IMG/VR virus record: IMGVR_UViG_3300025738_000003
Source of the DNA: an uncultured virus (IMG/VR IMGVR_UViG_3300025738_000003)
Taxonomy: Duplodnaviria > Heunggongvirae > Uroviricota > Caudoviricetes
Reading direction: 5' to 3' (one strand)
Length of the DNA stretch: 20,000 nucleotides
Shown piece after piece: positions 7,731 to 15,930 of this stretch (positions are counted from its first letter, which is position 1; each line of letters starts with the position of its first letter). Made by a program: the position numbers and the translations under genes. Below the pieces are notes generated by a model. That model was given only the letters and a program-made list of their open reading frames with translations. It made no database searches and was not told the origin of the DNA.

Positions 7731-7895
7731 ATGGAAACTTTAAATTTAGGAAACAACGAGTCACTAGTTAGAGGCGTATTCAATAATAACGATGGCACTT
7801 TTACAGTATTAACTTTTACTCGGTCTTGGACTTACAAAACAGAAAAAGCCGCTAACAAAAAATGGTCTGCCTTAGTATCAGCCGACTTGGTTTAG
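7731..7895 (+). CDS. DUF1391 (YdaF-like) prophage protein, 54 aa, not in the ORF track
   Basis: METLNLGNNESLVRGVFNNNDGTFTVLTFTRSWTYKTEKAANKKW matches the DLGNNESLVxGVFxNxDGTFTA...KTFKTE signature of DUF1391. Confidence 0.85.
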   Translation: METLNLGNNESLVRGVFNNNDGTFTVLTFTRSWTYKTEKAANKKWSALVSADLV

Positions 7896-7898
7896 TCG

Positions 7899-7985
7899 AT
7901 TACGTACAATAAAAATAATTACTTTATTGTACGTACTTTTATTGACATCTATAAATATAGGTGTATTATTGTACGTACATTAATT
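7899..7985 (+). promoter_or_regulatory. promoter-operator unit, copy 2
   Basis: TTGACA (7942-7947), 16 bp, TATTAT (7964-7969), with TACGTACA (7901), TGTACGTACT (7928) and TGTACGTACA (7970). It lies exactly 280 bp from copy 1. Confidence 0.8.
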
Positions 7986-8012
7986 GTTTAGACACTTTCC
8001 AAGGTATACAAA

Positions 8013-8225
8013 ATGAATTCATCAATAAACATCACAATAAAAGACTTTAGCTGCACTGATTATGACGTTAAACGTGATTCAAAATTGGTTGGGACTTTAG
8101 TCAAAAACAATAAATATTCAAGCTTACTTAAATTCGTACCGCTTGAAGATTCAGGGCTTATGCACTTGGATGGCAAAGTATTCATGGATGTTTTAACGGC
8201 TAATTTAACTATTGCAAAGGCGTAA
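8013..8225 (+). CDS. hypothetical protein
   Basis: AAGG RBS; first gene after promoter copy 2; its stop overlaps the next ATG (TAATG). Confidence 0.7.
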   Translation: MNSSINITIKDFSCTDYDVKRDSKLVGTLVKNNKYSSLLKFVPLEDSGLMHLDGKVFMDVLTANLTIAKA

Positions 8226-8836
8226 TGAAATTGAAGATATTAAATTTATATGCGGGTCTTGGTGGAAATAGAAAGTTATGGGAGGGGCACGAAGTCACAG
8301 CCGTTGAAATGGATGAAAAAATTGCCGCTGTTTATAAACGATTAAACCCTAATGATGAAGTGATTATTGCTGATGCTCACGAATACTTATTACAACATTA
8401 TCAAGAGTTTGATTTTATTTGGGCCTCGCCTCCATGCCAAAGCCATTCCCGTATGATCAGGTCTGGCAGAAATAGAAAGCCCCGCTTTGCTGATATGAAA
8501 TTGTATGAAGAAATTCTATTTTTAGAACATAACTTTGATGGTCAATGGGTGGTTGAAAATGTCAAACCTTACTACCAGCCATTGATTGAATATCAAAATA
8601 TTGGCCGTCATGTTTTTTGGTCTAACTTCGATATTCCGCACATGGATGAACCAAAATTTAAAAACTTTATTAATGCGCAAAACCTAAAAGCGAAACAAGC
8701 CTTAATGGAGTGGTTAGATATTCACTACGAAGAAAACATTTACTACGGTAACAACCATTGCCCCACGCAGGTTTTGCGTAACTGTGTACACCCTACCGTG
8801 GGAAAACACATCATTGAAGCGGCAATTGCTGCATAA
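8225..8836 (+). CDS. orphan C5-cytosine DNA methyltransferase (compact, phage type)
   Basis: Motif I LNLYAGLGG, motif IV WASPPCQSHS, motif VI VVENV and motif X-like LRNCVHP. No adjacent endonuclease. Confidence 0.9.
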   Translation: MKLKILNLYAGLGGNRKLWEGHEVTAVEMDEKIAAVYKRLNPNDEVIIADAHEYLLQHYQEFDFIWASPPCQSHSRMIRSGRNRKPRFADMKLYEEILFLEHNFDGQWVVENVKPYYQPLIEYQNIGRHVFWSNFDIPHMDEPKFKNFINAQNLKAKQALMEWLDIHYEENIYYGNNHCPTQVLRNCVHPTVGKHIIEAAIAA

Positions 8837-8867
8837 ACTGAACAGAATAGCCCGTAGGGATAAACAA

Positions 8868-9149
8868 ATGATTGTCATATTTAAAAACGAACAGGGTACT
8901 TTTTCGGTAAGACCTGCATTTATAGGCTTTATCAAAAACGATATTATTCGAAGAACTTTAACCTCGTTATTCTTCCCACTAATACTATTTTTAACCATCG
9001 TTATTAATATTATTCAAGCGGCTTTTGTTTCCATTATTTTATTTGCTAGGTCTGTTTATTATCCATTATCAAAGATAAAACCAATGTGGAAAACAGATAT
9101 TTGGCATAGGCCAAGAACGAAAAACGACAATAAAAAAACATTAAACTAA
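8868..9149 (+). CDS. hypothetical membrane protein (93 aa)
   Basis: ATG 8868 with AGGGA RBS is preferred over 8784. Long hydrophobic segment LFFPLILFLTIVINIIQAAFVSIILF. Confidence 0.65.
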   Translation: MIVIFKNEQGTFSVRPAFIGFIKNDIIRRTLTSLFFPLILFLTIVINIIQAAFVSIILFARSVYYPLSKIKPMWKTDIWHRPRTKNDNKKTLN

Positions 9150-9176
9150 ACAGAATTAAGCGGAGTTAGATCGGAT

Positions 9177-9422
9177 ATGGAAAAAATAACATTAAAAATA
9201 GGTCGTCATGAGTACGATATTAGTAGTGACGATACATTTATGGATAACAGCCATTGCGTTCAATTAACTTCACAAAGTAAAGAGAACATAGATATTGGTG
9301 GTGGTCGTTGTAACCCTGTGCTTTCTCAACGTGCAGTTAAACAAATAGCAAGTTTTGAGCGAATGCAATTACAGCATGGCTACGGCTCAAATGTTCAAAT
9401 ATTTAGCTTGAACATCAATTAA
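9177..9422 (+). CDS. hypothetical protein
   Basis: GGAG/GGA RBS; co-oriented member of the small-gene array. Confidence 0.7.
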   Translation: MEKITLKIGRHEYDISSDDTFMDNSHCVQLTSQSKENIDIGGGRCNPVLSQRAVKQIASFERMQLQHGYGSNVQIFSLNIN

Positions 9423-9456
9423 CTTAAACAGAATTAAGCGTACAGATAGGAATGTT

Positions 9457-9690
9457 ATGAATAAATACGATGAAACTTTACCAGTATTAAATAAAGATCA
9501 AGTCTTTGTTTGCGAGGATGGCTGTGGTGACTGTGAAGCTGTTGAGTTTGATTATTGCTATAGCCGGTCTGAAAACCTAGCAACTGGCAAAGTGGTTGAA
9601 CTGACACATAGAGCTTATAAATCTAGCTGCTGTGGAGCCAAAATTAATGTTTGGGATGAATCAATAGAAGATATTGTTCAACAAAAGTAG
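9457..9690 (+). CDS. hypothetical acidic Cys-rich protein
   Basis: AGGA RBS; CEDGCGDC and SSCCGA motifs, possibly metal-binding. Confidence 0.7.
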   Translation: MNKYDETLPVLNKDQVFVCEDGCGDCEAVEFDYCYSRSENLATGKVVELTHRAYKSSCCGAKINVWDESIEDIVQQK

Positions 9691-9745
9691 GCTTTTATAT
9701 AAAGCTAAATGTGCAACACAATTACCCCTACCGGAGCAATAAACA

Positions 9746-9937
9746 ATGAGTATCGAAGAATTTAACAAGTATCAGCATCATGCAAACATGTGGGTGATGT
9801 ACCAAGGGAAAAGAAAATACGTTATTTCTGTTAGCTTTACAGAGGCGCTTTTTGGTCTTTGTGATGATAAAGAAGAAACCCCACCTGACGAATGGTCATG
9901 GGTTCGTTGTGAAAACGTAGAAGTGATTTATGAGTGA
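9746..9937 (+). CDS. hypothetical phage-type protein
   Basis: GGAG RBS; ends with WVRCENVEV. Confidence 0.7.
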   Translation: MSIEEFNKYQHHANMWVMYQGKRKYVISVSFTEALFGLCDDKEETPPDEWSWVRCENVEVIYE

Positions 9938-10073
9938 TAAGCAAATGCAAGAAATTATGGTTTTACAGAAAATACGTGAAGCGGTGGGGGATAATGGCAA
10001 GTTAATGCAAGACGAACTTGTTGAATATATCGCAGATTTAAAGCGTAAAGCTGATTTGTTCGATAACCTTTAA
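9930..10073 (+). CDS. small hypothetical phage-type protein (47 aa), not in the ORF track
   Basis: MSDKQMQEIMVLQKIREAVGDNGKLMQDELVEYIADLKRKADLFDNL*. Its start overlaps the upstream stop (ATGAGTGA) and it ends before the terminator. Confidence 0.7.
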   Translation: MSDKQMQEIMVLQKIREAVGDNGKLMQDELVEYIADLKRKADLFDNL

Positions 10074-10100
10074 TTTTTGCAACAGAATAACCAATAGGAA

Positions 10101-10130
10101 ACAAAAAAAGGGCTTAGGCCCTTTTTTGTT
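10101..10130. terminator. bidirectional terminator
   Basis: AAAAAAGGGC-TTAG-GCCCTTTTTT between convergent operons. Confidence 0.9.
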
Positions 10131-10184
10131 GTTCGTGTTTTATCTAATTACTATAGTGTGACGCGTCACGTTTATAGTGTGCGG

Positions 10185-11003
10185 TTATCCGTTGTAATTT
10201 ATTGCTACCCGATCATCGTCTTTTACTTCACCTTGTTGTAATTGATTTACTTTATACAGCCAATTATGAGCAAAGTCTTTAGCCTCGATTGATGGTCTTA
10301 AACCATCTTTGGGTAATGGGCTAAGAGTGCTTTCGCCACTTTGCGGATCAAAGGTAATAAAAGCACCGCTACCGCTTTGGTGTAAGTATAATAAGTTAGT
10401 GCCTTGAAAGCTTGAGCCGTCAGGGCGTAACATATCGTTTTTTTGCGGCCAGATAACCAAATGATGATCGCCGTTATGATATAAGCCTTGTGCTTTGTTG
10501 TTGTCTAACGCGATACGTTGCATTTCTACCACTTTTTTGCACGCGGCTTTGTCTTCGTTGGCTTGGTTTAGTTCGTGCTTGGTTTTGCTTAGCTCGCCAT
10601 TTAAACGGGTAATGGTTTTGGTTTTCTCGGCTGATTTTTCTTTAACGCGAATCACCTGGTCTTTTAAATTCTTCTGACTGTTTAAGGCGGTTATTTCTTG
10701 TTGTGCTGTGGTGAGTTGTTCACGAACACGGGCTAATTCATTTTTTTGCGCAATAGCGTTGGCCGATAACTTGTCGGCATCGGCTAACCCTTTATTGGCT
10801 GTTATGAGATCGGCGTCTTGTTGGGCAATTGTTATTTTAAGTTGGGAATTTTCATCAGTCAGTACATTAATTTCAAGTTTTGTTTCGGCAAGTTCAGTGG
10901 CGCAAATCTCGCTTTGTTCTTGCTCTTTATTGTAGTTATTAATAAAAGAGGTCAGTAAATCACTTGAATGTAATTCTTTTAAATCAGTCATTGTTTTATC
11001 CAA
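10185..11003 (-). CDS. coiled-coil prophage protein with a globular C-terminal domain
   Basis: About 170 aa of heptad repeats, then LYHNGDHHLVIWPQ...LLYLHQSG. The start is either 11003 (TTG) or 10991 (ATG). Confidence 0.8.
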   Translation of the reverse strand: MDKTMTDLKELHSSDLLTSFINNYNKEQEQSEICATELAETKLEINVLTDENSQLKITIAQQDADLITANKGLADADKLSANAIAQKNELARVREQLTTAQQEITALNSQKNLKDQVIRVKEKSAEKTKTITRLNGELSKTKHELNQANEDKAACKKVVEMQRIALDNNKAQGLYHNGDHHLVIWPQKNDMLRPDGSSFQGTNLLYLHQSGSGAFITFDPQSGESTLSPLPKDGLRPSIEAKDFAHNWLYKVNQLQQGEVKDDDRVAINYNG

Positions 11004-11032
11004 AGTAAATAAAATGTATTTATAAAGTATGT

Positions 11033-11662
11033 CTAAAGGGTTTCTAATTGCTGCGCTAAGGCGGCATGGCCCATTTTTATTAGTACGTCTTTTCTAATGC
11101 TTTTGTGAATAGTTGCGCCTGTGTGCATTGGGTCAAAAATAATCAATGACATAGGTTTGTTAAGTTCGTTTTTCTCTTCAAGTCCTGTTTTTGCATTAAC
11201 AAATTTAATACCGCCACTGACCCATTTTTTAACCGTGGTGCCTTTGCGTGGGCCGATTTTGTAGGTGTGGTTTTTGTAATATCCGACAATGTCCCAAATT
11301 TCTGAGGCTTGGCTATGTGGCCACCATTCTGCGCGGTTTTCATGGGGCACAAATAAGGTATTTAAAACGCCTTTGTCGCGTTGTTCTATAGCCTTATGTG
11401 TCCAAGGTAAAATATTGCTATACGGCGGGTTAACCCATACAGCGGGTTTTATTTCGTCAGCGAGCAATAAAGACCAATCTTTTTTTAAGCTGTTTTGTTT
11501 GGGGGTTATAAAGCGTTTACATAAAGCCGAAACAGGCAGCGCGGCACCGTCTAAGTTGTAATTAAAGCGGTGATTAAATGCTTCAAATAACCATTTAGGC
11601 GTCTGGGTAAAGTCTCGAAACGCCTTATTGCTTTTACTTGCGTGATTGTTGATGTTAGCCAT
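11033..11662 (-). CDS. dam: phage N6-adenine DNA methyltransferase (Dam family)
   Basis: QTPKWLF, LDGAA and VWVNPPYS motifs; AGGA RBS. Confidence 0.9.
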   Translation of the reverse strand: MANINNHASKSNKAFRDFTQTPKWLFEAFNHRFNYNLDGAALPVSALCKRFITPKQNSLKKDWSLLLADEIKPAVWVNPPYSNILPWTHKAIEQRDKGVLNTLFVPHENRAEWWPHSQASEIWDIVGYYKNHTYKIGPRKGTTVKKWVSGGIKFVNAKTGLEEKNELNKPMSLIIFDPMHTGATIHKSIRKDVLIKMGHAALAQQLETL

Positions 11663-11726
11663 AATTCCTACCTGTTAAATGGTGTCTTTTCGTGTTTTAT
11701 GATCACGTATCGTGACTCTATAGGGC

Positions 11727-11760
11727 AAATAAAAGGCGTACTAATGCACGCCTTTTGTTT
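11727..11760 (-). terminator. terminator after the repressor gene
   Basis: AAAAGGCGT(ACTAATGC)ACGCCTTTT hairpin with T-tracts on both strands. Confidence 0.75.
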
Positions 11761-11763
11761 GCC

Positions 11764-12348
11764 CTATAACCAGCGATTTATATTAACCACACTGCCTATT
11801 ATGTCGAGGTCGTCGACACTTTCTACTTTTTGATCGGGATAGTTTTCTTTGTCTGTACAATAAACAGTAAAACCGCCTGATAGCTCGGGACGTATCCATT
11901 TTATCCACAAACCGCCATTGCCTTTTATTACGTACAGCCCTAATTTATCAACGGTGTTGATAGCGCTATTTATTAATACTTCATCGCCTTTGTCTATTTT
12001 GGGCGAACAGCTATTATCCATTGCAACATGAGTCAGGATATTATCTCGATTAATGCCGCGTTCGGCTAATCGGTCTATTTGGCTGACTTGGTTATTTGTT
12101 GAGTTTTTTAAAAAGTCCCATGCTAAGAGTTCACGGGTGGTGCCAAGTATTTTGGCCATGCTTTCGTAAAAGTGGTGGCTTGGCTCTCTTATGCCTAGTT
12201 CCCAATTATTCCATTGGCTACGGCTAAAAGGTTGCCCCTCAAGCTCTGACAATTTCTTGCTGGTTTCTACCATATTCAACCCGAGTTTTTTACGGCGTTG
12301 CATTATGTATAGACCTAATTTTCCTGTCCATTCACTTTTTTGACTCAT
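11764..12348 (-). CDS. cI: cI-like phage repressor (Xre HTH plus S24 peptidase-like domain)
   Basis: HTH RRKKLGLN...SRSQWNNWELGIREPS. S24 motifs DNSCSPKIDKGDEVLI, GLYVI, WIKWI and IIGSVV. ATG 12348 has an AGGTG RBS; an alternative GTG is at 12357. Confidence 0.9.
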   Translation of the reverse strand: MSQKSEWTGKLGLYIMQRRKKLGLNMVETSKKLSELEGQPFSRSQWNNWELGIREPSHHFYESMAKILGTTRELLAWDFLKNSTNNQVSQIDRLAERGINRDNILTHVAMDNSCSPKIDKGDEVLINSAINTVDKLGLYVIKGNGGLWIKWIRPELSGGFTVYCTDKENYPDQKVESVDDLDIIGSVVNINRWL

Positions 12349-12399
12349 CCGAAACACCTGTGTTTATTAAGCAGTACGTGACTATTGTTTTTAGTTTAC

Positions 12400-12475
12400 C
12401 ACACAATGCAGATATTGCTAATGTAAATACCTTGATACAATCACGGTGTGTGTTATATTTAACACATATTGTGGT
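12400..12475. promoter_or_regulatory. cI-cro switch region with pR-like promoter and operators
   Basis: TTGATA (12432-12437), 16 bp, then TATATT (12454-12459) with an extended -10 TG. Operators CACGGTGTGTG (12442-12452) and CACATATTGTG (12463-12473), plus a degenerate CACACAATGCA (12400-12410). Confidence 0.75.
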
Positions 12476-12490
12476 ATAAGGTGTTTGATA

Positions 12491-12718
12491 GTGACTTTAC
12501 AAGAGTGGGTACAAAAAACATACGGTGATCGAGGCGCTACCAAAGCGGCTGAGTTCCTTGGTTATCCCTATAAAACGGTGATGGCTTGGATTCATTTAAT
12601 ACGTTTTCCGCGTCCTAAAGCGCAAGAGGTCATTAAATTAAAAAGTAATGGTCAGATTGATATGGAGGCGTGGCGAACTAATTATTTAGCGGCAGAAATT
12701 AAGCGTAAAAAATCATGA
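12491..12718 (+). CDS. cro: Cro-like repressor (75 aa)
   Basis: GTG 12491 with AAGGTG RBS. TLQEWV...GATKAAEFLGYPYKTVMAW...RFPRP...IKLKSNGQI is a Cro/YdaS-type HTH, divergent from cI. Confidence 0.8.
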   Translation: MTLQEWVQKTYGDRGATKAAEFLGYPYKTVMAWIHLIRFPRPKAQEVIKLKSNGQIDMEAWRTNYLAAEIKRKKS

Positions 12719-13116
12719 TTGTTGTCGTGCTGGGCGGCAGTGAAATTTTGCGTGATGATGTGATCAGCCAATTGATGCAAAGCAAGATCTCCTTGATCAG
12801 ACATTTTAATATTACCGGTTTAGTTAACTGTAAAGACGTTGGGCTTTCGCGCTTAAAAACCGAGTTTGAACGACCAAAGAAAGTGACTAACTTAGTGACT
12901 ATCGTCAGTGGTATTTCTACCAATGACGAGCTAGTTTATTTACGCAGTAAAGACGCGATTATTTGTCATTGTTACGGCGAGTTAACCGATCTTTATAATC
13001 AGGTTGCTTGTGAAAAGGGTGATAAATATATTTTACCTGATCCGCTAAAGTTTACCGCACCCGAACATGTTTATTCACCCGATGAAGTGTTAAGCGAATG
13101 CTACATTAAGGGCTAA
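12715..13116 (+). CDS. prophage hypothetical protein (degenerate nucleotide-kinase-like N-terminus)
   Basis: ATGA overlap with cro; MIVVVLGGS start and GISTNDELVYLRSKDAIICH. Confidence 0.7.
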   Translation: MIVVVLGGSEILRDDVISQLMQSKISLIRHFNITGLVNCKDVGLSRLKTEFERPKKVTNLVTIVSGISTNDELVYLRSKDAIICHCYGELTDLYNQVACEKGDKYILPDPLKFTAPEHVYSPDEVLSECYIKG

Positions 13117-13118
13117 AC

Positions 13119-13379
13119 GTGACGACTCATTTAAGCCATTCAACCAACAAACACGCCTTTGATGTAGTGCAATGTCAGCGCATTACCTCGATGTGGGCCA
13201 ATGACTTAGCACGCGGCACCATTACCCGCGATAAAGTCACTCGTTTGATCAGTGAATACCCAGACGAACAACAACCAACGTTTAAACATTGGCTTAATAC
13301 CTACCGTGAAGCAGTGCGTAAACGAGCGCAAGCCAACGCGGTAAAGCCTCGCCATGTTCCCCGCTGGGTGAAGCGCTAA
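13119..13379 (+). CDS. prophage hypothetical protein
   Basis: GTG start with AAGGG RBS; coupled to the next gene (TAATG). Confidence 0.7.
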   Translation: MTTHLSHSTNKHAFDVVQCQRITSMWANDLARGTITRDKVTRLISEYPDEQQPTFKHWLNTYREAVRKRAQANAVKPRHVPRWVKR

Positions 13380-13801
13380 TGAAGCTTTCTAACAAGAGCC
13401 TTGATGTTTTATTGCATGATTGGGCTGATTGGGTGCACAGGGGCGGTAATTCTGGCGGCTTTCAATCTGTTCTACATAAAATGATGGTCACAGGCGGTGT
13501 TACCTCAAGCGGTGGTGGCGGTTATTCTGCTGAAATTCACACCATCGAGGCTGACATTGAATCAGCGTTATTGTCTCTTGTTCGCCAAAAACCCGAAGAA
13601 CTCAATTTAATGCGCGTTAATGTGCTGCGCTATGAGTTTGGCGCTAAAACATTAGGCTGGCCAAGCGATGCAACACAATGTGATAAAGCCCACCGTATTG
13701 GTATTAGCTTGCGAACCTATAAGCGGCACATTAAATACTGCAAAGAATATCTATTTACTCACTTACAACTTAAACATAAGGGCACTCGCCATGAAACTTG
13801 A
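13379..13801 (+). CDS. Q-like late antiterminator
   Basis: LDVLLHDWADWV N-terminus, Gly-rich linker, IEADIESAL, VLRYEF, and a C-terminal HTH (KAHRIGISLRTYKRHI). A pR'/tR'-like arrangement lies downstream. Confidence 0.7.
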   Translation: MKLSNKSLDVLLHDWADWVHRGGNSGGFQSVLHKMMVTGGVTSSGGGGYSAEIHTIEADIESALLSLVRQKPEELNLMRVNVLRYEFGAKTLGWPSDATQCDKAHRIGISLRTYKRHIKYCKEYLFTHLQLKHKGTRHET

Positions 13802-13967
13802 TAGCAACGCTAAAAAACTACTTGATTGCAATAAACGTACTCGCGGCAATACCATGCCTGTTTATACCAAGGCTCGCAACATTGCCCGTATAGCGATTGA
13901 GAACAGACGCGATTTAAAACAATTAACCCAAAGTTTTGAATTAACCTTATCCACAGGAATTGTGTAA
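13791..13967 (+). CDS. small basic hypothetical protein (58 aa)
   Basis: ATG 13791 with AAGGG RBS overlaps the end of the Q-like gene; preferred over the 13668 start. Confidence 0.6.
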   Translation: MKLDSNAKKLLDCNKRTRGNTMPVYTKARNIARIAIENRRDLKQLTQSFELTLSTGIV

Positions 13968-13983
13968 AACAGGTGCATAAGTT

Positions 13984-15165
13984 ATGAATGCTATCACCGT
14001 TAAGCTGTCAGACGCTGAGCTAAAGCGACAAATTGAAACCGAGGTAAAGGAATTAAACGATCCTAGATTACCACTTAGGGTGCGTTTTCATAAATCCCGA
14101 GAAAAGGCCACTATCTTTTTAGTGGAATACGTTAAGGGCCAAGGTAAATGGCATAGGGTTGGCTATTGGCCGCAATTAACGATTAAAGCCCTAATTAACA
14201 CTAAGTATTGGGCTGAGCTTCAACAAAAGTATTTGTTATCAGGTCAGGTTGAGTTTGATGCCTTTTATTTGGCGGCTGACGTACTGGTTTGGTACAGAGA
14301 ACGGGCGTTAAGTCAGGTTAATTTATCTAAAGATAGAAAAGCTAATATTAAGTCGGTGATCAATAAACACTTAATCCCCATGATAGGCCATTACCAGGTA
14401 AAAGAGTTTTCCCCCGAAATCATAGAAGAGGCTTTTATCTGGCCGTTACAAAGTCGCTATAAATTATCGACAGTACAACAATATTTCAAAGTATTAAAAC
14501 GTATTTTCAAACAAGCAAAATTAAGTAAAAAGCTATGTAATAACCCATTGGCCGACATTAAGTTAAGTGACTCGATCACCGGAAAAATAGAAATAAAAGC
14601 CTGTCAAATAGCAACACATGATCTAGATGCTCTATTTAAAACCATGAAGATAATACCCTTTGAACCCAGCTTTTTAGTATTAACTATGTTGTGTTTTGGT
14701 ACGCGTATAGGCGAAACACGACAAATGAAAATAAGCCATTTAGAACATGATCAGCAGCAATGGCATTTACCCGCAAAAATAACCAAAACCAATGAGCCAT
14801 TAGTTACCCCAATAAGCGATTGGTATTTAACTTTACTTAACGAATATAGAAAAAAGCAAACGTTGATAAATGGCTATAGCGGTGTCTATTTATTTCCTAA
14901 TACTAAGGGCGATTGTATTAATGAAAACACCGCCAATGATTATGTTCAATACTTATCTAATAGAGAATGGACGGCTCACGATTTACGCAAATTAGCGCGT
15001 ACTACTTGGGCAACATTACACGTTGATTATTTTGTTGGTGAGCAGTTGTTAAACCATAAAATGAAAGACTTAGACGCCGCTTATATTCACAGCACATTAG
15101 ATGAATTGAAACGAAAAGCCATTAACGATTGGCATTTTTTTTTGGCGCAAAAAAAGCCGAAATAA
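13984..15165 (+). CDS. tyrosine recombinase (phage integrase family)
   Basis: Catalytic set GTRIGE, TKT, HDLRK, LLNH and AAYIH is intact, with an N-terminal arm-binding-like region. Confidence 0.9.
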   Translation: MNAITVKLSDAELKRQIETEVKELNDPRLPLRVRFHKSREKATIFLVEYVKGQGKWHRVGYWPQLTIKALINTKYWAELQQKYLLSGQVEFDAFYLAADVLVWYRERALSQVNLSKDRKANIKSVINKHLIPMIGHYQVKEFSPEIIEEAFIWPLQSRYKLSTVQQYFKVLKRIFKQAKLSKKLCNNPLADIKLSDSITGKIEIKACQIATHDLDALFKTMKIIPFEPSFLVLTMLCFGTRIGETRQMKISHLEHDQQQWHLPAKITKTNEPLVTPISDWYLTLLNEYRKKQTLINGYSGVYLFPNTKGDCINENTANDYVQYLSNREWTAHDLRKLARTTWATLHVDYFVGEQLLNHKMKDLDAAYIHSTLDELKRKAINDWHFFLAQKKPK

Positions 15166-15283
15166 AACCTTGATGATACCAAGATCAAGCAAGGATACGT
15201 TAAAAGGTTAAACCGTAGCACTAACAAGCCTTACACAAGCAAAGCAACCTATAAATAATCTTTACCATACAGGAACATATTAT

Positions 15284-15571
15284 ATGACTAAGCAAGCAGT
15301 AATTGACTACCTAAAGTCACTCGATGAAACAACATTAAGCAGTGAAGAATTTGCCGAAAAGCTTCTTGATAAGTTTGATATGACCACTCGGTTGCAGTGT
15401 GATCATGAGTGGGCGGCACGTTGGGCACATCATGATTGTACCAAGTGTGGGGCTGTCAAATTTGGCAACTCTAAAAATGACCGTAGTGACTACGGTGTTG
15501 CGGCTGGTAAGACATTTAAGAACATGGCCACCGCAAAGTTTTATCAACAAAACGGTCGCTTACCAGAATAG
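15284..15571 (+). CDS. hypothetical protein with CxHxW...CxxCG motif
   Basis: AGGA RBS; CDHEW and HDCTKCG. Confidence 0.7.
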   Translation: MTKQAVIDYLKSLDETTLSSEEFAEKLLDKFDMTTRLQCDHEWAARWAHHDCTKCGAVKFGNSKNDRSDYGVAAGKTFKNMATAKFYQQNGRLPE

Positions 15572-15582
15572 GGGGTATAGCT

Positions 15583-15930
15583 ATGGCTAAAGCACGAACG
15601 GATGCCCAAAGGCAAAAGAAGAGTCGAGACAAAAAAAAGGATTTAGGCGAGCGAGAAATTAGGCTTAAAGTATCATCGGCAGAATATGCCATGATTGAAA
15701 AACTATGTAAGTTGCGAGCCGGTTGCCGCGAACCTTACACACCAGGTGATTACTTGGTGACATTATTTAGAAAGGTGTTACCGCTCGATGATGAAAAATA
15801 TCATACTCAAGCCAAAGCCCTTGGCATGTGTGATTATTGTAATGAGGTAATGCCCGCTGGTTGTGGGGGTGCTTTTAAAGGCCAAAAGGAATGTTATCAC
15901 ACCAAGCAATACAGAGAGTTAGAGTTGTGA
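15583..15930 (+). CDS. putative DNA-binding protein (basic N-terminal helix, RHH-like core, C-terminal Cys4)
   Basis: TDAQRQKKSRDKKK, EIRLKVSSAEYAMIEKLC and CDYC...CGG...EC. Confidence 0.75.
   Translation: MAKARTDAQRQKKSRDKKKDLGEREIRLKVSSAEYAMIEKLCKLRAGCREPYTPGDYLVTLFRKVLPLDDEKYHTQAKALGMCDYCNEVMPAGCGGAFKGQKECYHTKQYRELEL

Noticed and set aside
8836..10092. Integron cassette array
   Set aside because: No attC-type GTTRRRY/RYYYAAC dyads, and neither tyrosine recombinase looks like IntI.
11901..11909. Perfect DnaA box TTATCCACA
   Set aside because: It is isolated, lies inside cI, and is explained by the LWI codons.
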